From an uncultured Candidatus Saccharibacteria bacterium (GTDB lineage Bacteria; Patescibacteriota; CAZHWT01), in assembly GCA_964536215.1 (NCBI GenBank), contig CAZHWT010000002.1, positions 20,573 through 84,572 of the forward strand: a stretch of 64,000 nt of DNA, in the 5' to 3' direction. The position numbers and the translations under genes are program-made. Of the stretch, positions 57,400 through 64,000 are shown piece after piece. Each line of letters starts with the position of its first letter. The stretch's first letter is position 1. The notes beneath the pieces were generated by a model that made no database searches, was not told where the DNA came from, and saw only the letters and a list, made by a program, of their open reading frames with translations.

Positions 57400-58905
57400 C
57401 TAACCGATCATTTGTGCTGGGCGAGATCCTAATGCCAGACAGTTGCGCACATGGAGTTTGACATGTGTGCTTACTTCTAGAGTCAATTCGTGTACGTAAG
57501 CACGCAACGATTGAGCAATCAGGCCCTGCAAGGAGATTTGATCCCGCAGCAATCGGATATTTGTCGCCAATTGTGGTAACAAATCCTCGATTACTGCACC
57601 AACCGTCCGGTCCATTGGACAACTGCTGGAAATCAGCCGATCGGATACAGTCCTTGGCCATCGGTAGTCATCTTCAGGTTCCACTGCCAATGCCAACCGT
57701 TCGGCGATAGCTTTGTCGAGCCACTCTGGAATCAACTGTTGTAACTCGCCAGAAGCACTTATGACAGCCTCGGCCAGCAGCATCTCCCATTCGTCTTCCG
57801 AGGTAAACAGGACGTCAATATCCTGCTCAACCCTCTGTACGATGGTATCTACCGCATTCCCAAGCAATCTGGCCAGGATGGAATCCTGATCCGAGATTGA
57901 CTTGACGATCCAAGGGTAATAGATCACCCGTCCCGGTTCAACCACGCTGCGTGGTGGATTTACGGGCAGAGCTGTCCGTTGCACTTCGGACTCAAGAGTA
58001 TCGCGATTGGTTGGCGCCGAAATCGGGTCAGTCAATCTGTCCTCAGAAAATGCAGCCCTCTGTACCGGCAGAATGGGGGTGAAATCCTCCAGCATATGCA
58101 GCAAGTTTGCTGAGAATACCTGTGATGGCTCACCTGCTCCTCTTTGCCAATAGCTTACACTGCCCTGGCTAAGGCTGCGACCGAACTTTTGACTGTAAGC
58201 CTTCGCCAGCTTGGCTTGACTGCCAAACTGCCCGACAAGTCGGGAAACAATCTGCGGCCAATCATTTTCGGCCGTGATTTGAGGACGTTGAGGAGCGGTC
58301 TGTACATCAACCGCATCGGCAGCCAGCTCTTCAGCCGGAACCAGCCGCGTTGAAGGTGATTGCCACGATGGGGTGGTCGCATGATTAGTCGCCGGATTAC
58401 TCTGCAGAGCTAGGCTGTGCAGGGTATCAATGAGTACTGACTGAGTTGACTCGCTCTGTAGACCCTGGCAAAGGTGAAGCAAGTCATTGGCCCAGACCGG
58501 CGGCATGTTCAAATCATACAGAAAGGTACACAGCTGAGTATCGCTGTCAAAATCCTCACCAAGGAAAGGTGCAAATTTGTCCTCCAGCCACACGGCAATC
58601 CTGGCCAGCTTGTCATCAAGCGGCAAAACGCCAAATGAGCTAATTTGACCATCAAGAGGGATGTCGAGTCGGTGCATACATTCCTGCACTAGCCACAGGG
58701 GAAAGAACCCCATATTGCGATCAATTCGGCACAAGACGCCTCGACGAATGCAGACATCCTTTTCCATGCGTCCGATTTGACGTTCGCGCAAGCCGGATGG
58801 TCCATACTGTCTGGCCTCATCCGGATCTACCGGATAGCACACCAACAAATCCTCAACCGTAGCGATAATCCTGTTGCGAGTGTCCCCAGCAATTGAATTG
58901 GACAT
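57400..58905 (-). CDS. hypothetical protein (501 aa)
   Basis: GGGAGA RBS. Confidence 0.55.
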   Translation of the reverse strand: MSNSIAGDTRNRIIATVEDLLVCYPVDPDEARQYGPSGLRERQIGRMEKDVCIRRGVLCRIDRNMGFFPLWLVQECMHRLDIPLDGQISSFGVLPLDDKLARIAVWLEDKFAPFLGEDFDSDTQLCTFLYDLNMPPVWANDLLHLCQGLQSESTQSVLIDTLHSLALQSNPATNHATTPSWQSPSTRLVPAEELAADAVDVQTAPQRPQITAENDWPQIVSRLVGQFGSQAKLAKAYSQKFGRSLSQGSVSYWQRGAGEPSQVFSANLLHMLEDFTPILPVQRAAFSEDRLTDPISAPTNRDTLESEVQRTALPVNPPRSVVEPGRVIYYPWIVKSISDQDSILARLLGNAVDTIVQRVEQDIDVLFTSEDEWEMLLAEAVISASGELQQLIPEWLDKAIAERLALAVEPEDDYRWPRTVSDRLISSSCPMDRTVGAVIEDLLPQLATNIRLLRDQISLQGLIAQSLRAYVHELTLEVSTHVKLHVRNCLALGSRPAQMIG

Positions 58906-59056
58906 AGGTATCTCCCGGGATATGTGATTGATAAAGAGCCGATAGTAAAACTATAACACGGTATGACTCATAAGTCAACGTGCGCTACGCAGAGAGGTCA
59001 ACCGATATATTGGAGGCCCTACGGCCAAAACTAGGCTATAATATCCGCTGCAGAGG

Positions 59057-59438
59057 TTGCCAATGAACTATTTGTCTAAAACACTTTTTATTATTTATGT
59101 AATTGTTTTATTATGGTTGGTTCTGTTTAAACTCTCCTTCGATGTCTTCTGGACGAGGGATATTCAAAATAGATCGCTTAACCTTATTCCATTCCTCTAC
59201 TCCCCAACTGGCTCATTACAGCATCACCTAATTGAAATTCTGGTTAATAATTATTGCGTTTATTCCTTTCAGCTTTTTGTTATCCCACAGTTTTAAAAAA
59301 CGTTCCTATCGCTACAAACTGATGGTTGTGCTAAGTCTTAGCTTAGTCGTAGAGGCAGTCCAATTTGTCTTTGCCATAGGTGTCGCCGACATAACCGACA
59401 TTATCGCCAACACTCTCGGCGGGGTAATCGGCCTATAA
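59057..59438 (+). pseudogene. VanZ-like family gene split by a frameshift
   Basis: Two overlapping ORFs in different frames (59057-59296 and 59232-59438) together resemble one ~140-aa VanZ-like membrane protein (C-terminal D..D.I.N..GG.IG). Confidence 0.45.
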
Positions 59439-59777
59439 CTATACAAAGGTATCAGCAGGCGCATGGATGATAAAAAGCTGGATCACCTTGTCATGTTTGT
59501 TGGCATACTGCTGTTGCTACTATTTATTTTGCTGAGATTCTTTATCCTCAGGCACATAAGCTATCATTCGCCACCCTAATAGCGCCGCAAACATCTCAAA
59601 TCTGATTGTTCGCCCTAAAGACGAGTAGGATTTTGGTCTGATAAAGTATTACGCTGTCATTCTCGACCTGATCGAGAATCAAGTGCAGATTCCCGCTTCC
59701 GCGGGAATGACATGGGTGAGTTGATAGGTCATCAAGCAATAAAAACACCCCAACTTTCGTTGAGGCACTTTTATTGG

Positions 59778-59848
59778 TTGGCGGACTAGGATTCGAACCC
59801 AGAATAACAGGACCAAAACCTGTCGTGATGCCATTTCACTATCCGCCA
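59778..59848 (-). tRNA. tRNA-Gln (anticodon TTG)
   Basis: Cloverleaf with a U1:A72 pair, anticodon loop TTTTGGT, T-loop TTCGAAT. 71 nt without CCA. Confidence 0.85.
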
Positions 59849-59948
59849 ATGTGCAATCTTCGATTGCGGAATTATGAATTATGAATTTTGAATAAAGAAT
59901 ACTATTCCAAATTCCAAATTCAGTATTCCGGAGCGCCTAGCGCTCCCC

Positions 59949-60035
59949 TGGTGCCGGGGAAGGGACTTGAACCCTTAAGCCGTATGAGGGCAACGGATTT
60001 TAAGTCCGTCGTGTATACCATTCCACCACCCCGGC
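59949..60035 (-). tRNA. tRNA-Leu (anticodon TAA)
   Basis: 87 nt with a long variable arm, anticodon loop CTTAAAA, and encoded CCA. Confidence 0.85.
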
Positions 60036-60135
60036 AAAGCGAGCAGAGCGCGGGCTAATCGCTAATCGATTAGCTAATACGTGGTGGATTATATCAGATA
60101 CAATTCAGCTTGGCGAGGTTGCGCCAAAGTTTATT

Positions 60136-60552
60136 TTAAAGGGTATCTGTCAGCATATCTTCTTTGCGCAACCTGCCTTGCAGAAAATCTTGGACTTTGT
60201 CATAAACTTGTCTGGGTAAATGGCTGGATTTGAGCAAAAAACCATCAGCTCCCAAATTGTAAGCATCTCGAATCACTGACTCTTGACCTAAGTTAGTTAG
60301 CAGCAGGATAGGTGTATGCTTGGTTCTAGAACCATCCGCCCGTAGGTCTCGCAGAACATCTAGTCCATTCTTTTTAGGCAACATAATATCCAACAATATA
60401 ATTTCGTAGTCTGCCTGGTCCGCTTTCTGCACCCCCTCTTCTCCGTCCATTGCGACGTCAAAAGTATAGCCTTCGTCAACAAACGCGCGACTGTACATCT
60501 CGCAAATAAATGGCTCATCTTCGATTAATAATGCTCGTTTAGTAGTAGGCAT
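60136..60552 (-). CDS. single-domain response regulator (CheY-like receiver)
   Basis: LLIEDEP...DYEIILLDIMLP...TPILLLT...GADGFLLKS. Confidence 0.8.
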   Translation of the reverse strand: MPTTKRALLIEDEPFICEMYSRAFVDEGYTFDVAMDGEEGVQKADQADYEIILLDIMLPKKNGLDVLRDLRADGSRTKHTPILLLTNLGQESVIRDAYNLGADGFLLKSSHLPRQVYDKVQDFLQGRLRKEDMLTDTL

Positions 60553-60581
60553 AGTTTACTATCAGTAGGACCAACTGGGTA

Positions 60582-62129
60582 TTAATAATCACCAACCGGC
60601 TTAGTCCAGGCCGACTCCAGCTTGTCGAGCCTTCGTTTGCCGCTAGCAATAATTTTAATCCAACTCTTATTATGCCGATCATATGGCAGCATGTGAGATC
60701 CGCCAACTTTTGCTTCGGTCGTTTTACCATCAAAGTCCATTGTTGCCCCCAACTGACCAGATCTCCGGCGAATACGCAGAGCTGACCTAACCTGGTCAAC
60801 AATTGACTGGGTTAAAGAATCTTCCCAACCCCGCGTCACCACCGTGCGCATATCCTTAGTGTCTGGTGCTACCCCTTTGAATAAGGCCAATTGTTCAACC
60901 TGAAAGGCCTTGCCTTTTAAGTCTGCTTGCTCGGCAGAGTCTTCTTCCCAACCTTTCAACTTTCGCAACTCTTCCTTAAAAGGCCCGTCTAATCGACCAA
61001 ACTCACGGAACGTGGGGCTGGCGGCAAGATGTCCGACGATGGCGCCGCCCAAACCTACAGCCACTCTACCTGACTTAGCTGCTCGGCTAGGCTCATCAGC
61101 CCCACCATGATCACCGGCCGGGTTATCCAACCGTAATACAACCTGCTGGCGGGCTTGGTCATCCAACATACTGCCAACTTCCGTGGCAATCAATGCACCT
61201 TTAGATGCTCCCCGAATAACAATTGTCTGCTGCTCATCACCTTGGGCATCCTCAGGCTGAGCTGAATGCTGCTTCACAAAATCAACAAATGTCTTGCCAT
61301 AGGTTGATAGATAATCCTGCTGCAAGTCGTTCTGCCATTCTTGGCTAACATGACCGCCCTGTCCGGTTGGGGTGCCAACGGCATAAATTTCGATATCCGG
61401 CGGGTTCTCGCCTTTGCGTAAGGCATCCCAATACTGGGGCAGCTCTCTAATAAATGTGTCGAGAGTCGTATCAGCCATACCAAAAGCATCTCCAGATGGC
61501 GGAGGTGCCAATGCTCCGAACAGAAAATGGGTCCGTTTGTTCTGAGGGTGATGAGATGAAGTAGCTTCTGCCGCTGAAGCTGATGAGACTCCCGTTTCGG
61601 GCAATCCACTCTGGCCATAAATTCGCTTGACCACATCTGGAGTGATAGTAAGCTTGGAAACAGTAAAATCAACGCCAGGATACGCCGGCGATGCTACCTG
61701 ATCCAGGTTTTTAATATACTGTTGATTATACTCGGTTAGAGTCCGTTCTACCTCTGCTTTGTCTTTTTCAGGAGTTTTTGCCAATATCTTACGCAAACTT
61801 ACTTCGTACTGCGGCGAATGAATCTCGCCCCGGGCCAGGCGTTCTTTAGCTTCGGCCATGTCCGCATCCCGCTGTTCGTTGGTATAGACCGGATGAATAG
61901 TCTCAGACTCAGTTTGTATTTGGCCAAGATCAGCTTCTTCTTCCTGACGGGCTAAATTTTTGAGCGGATGTGACGTTTGTGCTTCCTCGCTAGTAGCGAC
62001 CTCTGCCAATTCTTGACTCAAGTCCTGATTGTCAGGTAATGGGGAAGCTTCCGGACCGTCATGTTCAGGGGTCGTGGTCGAATGTTCATGTTCATCGGCT
62101 GGTGGATGAAATCCAGATTCAATATTCAT
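60582..62129 (-). CDS. hypothetical protein with acidic disordered N-terminus
   Basis: Large ORF. The start was placed at an internal ATG; the track gives a TTG at 62162. Confidence 0.5.
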   Translation of the reverse strand: MNIESGFHPPADEHEHSTTTPEHDGPEASPLPDNQDLSQELAEVATSEEAQTSHPLKNLARQEEEADLGQIQTESETIHPVYTNEQRDADMAEAKERLARGEIHSPQYEVSLRKILAKTPEKDKAEVERTLTEYNQQYIKNLDQVASPAYPGVDFTVSKLTITPDVVKRIYGQSGLPETGVSSASAAEATSSHHPQNKRTHFLFGALAPPPSGDAFGMADTTLDTFIRELPQYWDALRKGENPPDIEIYAVGTPTGQGGHVSQEWQNDLQQDYLSTYGKTFVDFVKQHSAQPEDAQGDEQQTIVIRGASKGALIATEVGSMLDDQARQQVVLRLDNPAGDHGGADEPSRAAKSGRVAVGLGGAIVGHLAASPTFREFGRLDGPFKEELRKLKGWEEDSAEQADLKGKAFQVEQLALFKGVAPDTKDMRTVVTRGWEDSLTQSIVDQVRSALRIRRRSGQLGATMDFDGKTTEAKVGGSHMLPYDRHNKSWIKIIASGKRRLDKLESAWTKPVGDY

Positions 62130-62326
62130 ATCCAAACTATACTCCCATTTTTTAAAAAACAACAGAGATTAAACGCAAAGACCGCTACTGACCACAGCAT
62201 CTATACTATTGACCTTGCTAGACCCCTTGCAGCCCCTCGCAAGGCTATTTTAGAGGCATTTTTTGCTCCAAATACGTGCAGACAGACCAATTGTAACCAA
62301 TTATTTATACAATCAAGCTCAAGCAG

Positions 62327-63643
62327 TTATGCCGAGAAATCGGCGCCAATAGCAGTCAATTTCTCCAGAAATCGCTCGTAGCCGCGCTGGATCAAGGTCG
62401 TGTTATGCAATGTTGTCGTTCCTTCGGCTAATAACGCCGCTAAAACATAAGAAAACCCGCCGCGCAAATCCGGCACGGTCAATTCTGCTCCATGCAGCGG
62501 CGTGGGCCCTACGATCACCGCACTATGTTTGTAGTTGCGGGAAATATAACGGCAATCCGAGCCGCCTAAGCATTCGGTGAACAACTGGATTTTAGCGCCC
62601 ATATCGTTCAAGGCCGATATGTAGCCAAACCGCTCCTCATACACGGTTTCGTGAACCACTGATACGCCCGTAGCTTGGGTTAAGGCAATCACAAACGGCT
62701 GTTGCCAATCGGTCATAAAGCCTGGATGCACACCCGTCTCCAAGGCAATTGGTTTGAGAATCTCAGCCTCGCGCCAAAATGTAATGCTATCATCAGTGGC
62801 CGTAAACCCGCCGCCCAGCTGCCGGAATTTATTTAAAAAGGTAATCATATCGATCTGATGAGCACCCTGGACGACAATCTTGCCGTTAGTAATTAGCGCC
62901 GCGCAAGCCCAACTAGCCGCCTCGATACGATCGGGTAGGCAGAAATGGTCATAGCCATGCAACTCATCTACTCCCACAATCGTAATTACCCGATCAGTAT
63001 CAACCGAAATAATCGCCCCCATCTTTTGCAACACGCAAATAAGATCAATAATTTCCGGCTCCACCGCCGCATTGGATAAATGAGTTACACCCTTAGCCAA
63101 CACTGCTGCCATCAAAACCTGTTCCGTCGCTCCCACACTCGGATAATCCAAATGAATCTTGGCTCCCTGTAATCGTTCAGCCGTTAGAGTCAGATATTTT
63201 TCATCCACTACCACTTCCGCACCCATCAACTCCAAAGCATTTATATGAAAATCCACTGGCCTAGCTCCAATGTTACAGCCCCCTAAATTAGCAATCACCA
63301 CTTTGCCAAACCGGTTAAGCATCGGCCCGCACATTAAAATGGGAATCCGGCTCTTGCCAGCATATTGATCTAATTCTTCAGCTGTTAACGGATGGATATT
63401 GTCAGCAGTAATCTGCAAGGTCAGTTCATCTCTATATTCGGCTTTACCACCCATAGCCGTAATCATTTCCGCCACCAACTCCACGTCGCGAACCTGCGCC
63501 ACATTGCCCAAAGTGCATGTTTCCGGCGTCAGCAAAGCAGCCACCATTTCCTTAGACAAAGCATTCTTGGCCCCATGCAGTTCAATAGTGCCATTTAATG
63601 GTTTACCACCGCGGATTATTAAAGTGTCAGGAAGAGTGGACAT
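62327..63643 (-). CDS. murA: UDP-N-acetylglucosamine 1-carboxyvinyltransferase
   Basis: MSTLPDTLIIRGGKPLNGTIELHGAKNA... full-length MurA-like sequence. Trimmed from the track ORF at the conserved start. Confidence 0.9.
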   Translation of the reverse strand: MSTLPDTLIIRGGKPLNGTIELHGAKNALSKEMVAALLTPETCTLGNVAQVRDVELVAEMITAMGGKAEYRDELTLQITADNIHPLTAEELDQYAGKSRIPILMCGPMLNRFGKVVIANLGGCNIGARPVDFHINALELMGAEVVVDEKYLTLTAERLQGAKIHLDYPSVGATEQVLMAAVLAKGVTHLSNAAVEPEIIDLICVLQKMGAIISVDTDRVITIVGVDELHGYDHFCLPDRIEAASWACAALITNGKIVVQGAHQIDMITFLNKFRQLGGGFTATDDSITFWREAEILKPIALETGVHPGFMTDWQQPFVIALTQATGVSVVHETVYEERFGYISALNDMGAKIQLFTECLGGSDCRYISRNYKHSAVIVGPTPLHGAELTVPDLRGGFSYVLAALLAEGTTTLHNTTLIQRGYERFLEKLTAIGADFSA

Positions 63644-63750
63644 GATAATAGAATAAAGAATTTGGAATCCTGAATAGCCCATAAGCACGATCAATACTAT
63701 TCAATATTCATGGTTCAAAATTCACAATTCTGTTGAGCCGAAGGCTCAAC

Positions 63751-63827
63751 TGGTCGGGGCGAGATGACTTGAACATCCGACCTCACGGTCCCAAACCGCG
63801 CGCTCTAGCCAACTGAGCTACGCCCCG
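63751..63827 (-). tRNA. tRNA-Pro (anticodon TGG)
   Basis: 77 nt with CCA. Anticodon loop TTTGGGA, T-loop TTCAAGT. Confidence 0.85.
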
Positions 63828-64000
63828 AAATAAAAAGTATTAAGTTCGCTTTTAGACTATACGCTCTAGCCTTAGCCAAAGGTTGATCCACCTCCGGAAG
63901 ACACTGAGCTGCGTCCCAAGAATTGAACACAAGAATTATATCAGATAGAAGGGTAAAAAACGAGTGGCTACCTAATAGGCAGCCACAATTTGCCTGCACT

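Noticed and set aside
63805-63999. 64-aa minus-strand ORF at the window end
   Set aside because: It overlaps the tRNA-Pro gene and the tRNA-fragment region and has a low-complexity translation.

Overview
This 64-kb window reads as a bacterial chromosome segment with a compact, small-protein-rich gene layout; a CPR/Saccharibacteria-like genome is only a guess. It uses the standard genetic code: very long uninterrupted ORFs argue against UGA recoding.

Conserved backbone genes sit at both ends:
- A complete cytochrome bo3 quinol oxidase cluster, cyoABCD on the minus strand plus the divergent heme O synthase cyoE, at 2.8-8.1 kb.
- A PAP2 phosphatase, a SAM methyltransferase, a NUDIX hydrolase, an MFS transporter, a CheY-like response regulator, murA, and three canonical tRNAs (Gln-TTG, Leu-TAA, Pro-TGG).

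The middle of the window, about 22-47.5 kb, looks like an accessory or defence island. It contains:
- A tight plus-strand operon encoding two tandem paralogous E2-like proteins, a JAB/MPN-motif protein, a ThiF/E1-like protein, an unassigned first gene and a small disordered protein. This is a bacterial ubiquitination-like (Bil/Bub-type) candidate system with an unusual duplicated E2.
- A divergently arranged 1459-aa protein with two tandem GHKL-type ATPase motif sets and a C-terminal HExxH motif.
- Coiled-coil proteins, a Fic/RhuM protein and a RelE/Phd toxin-antitoxin pair.
- A ~6-kb array of small unrelated genes separated by copies of a modular ~150-250-bp intergenic repeat that carries GTACGTAC palindrome boxes.
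- An atypical tRNA-like gene (anticodon ATC).
- An MmeI-family Type IIL restriction-modification enzyme.

Other recurring sequence elements are a dispersed AAATAGCCATTTAAAT-type palindrome (six copies), several 7-bp tandem repeats in promoter regions, a duplicated AbrB-like gene module with one pseudogenised copy, and a frameshifted VanZ-like gene.

All product calls rest on motifs I recognised by eye. No database search was run.
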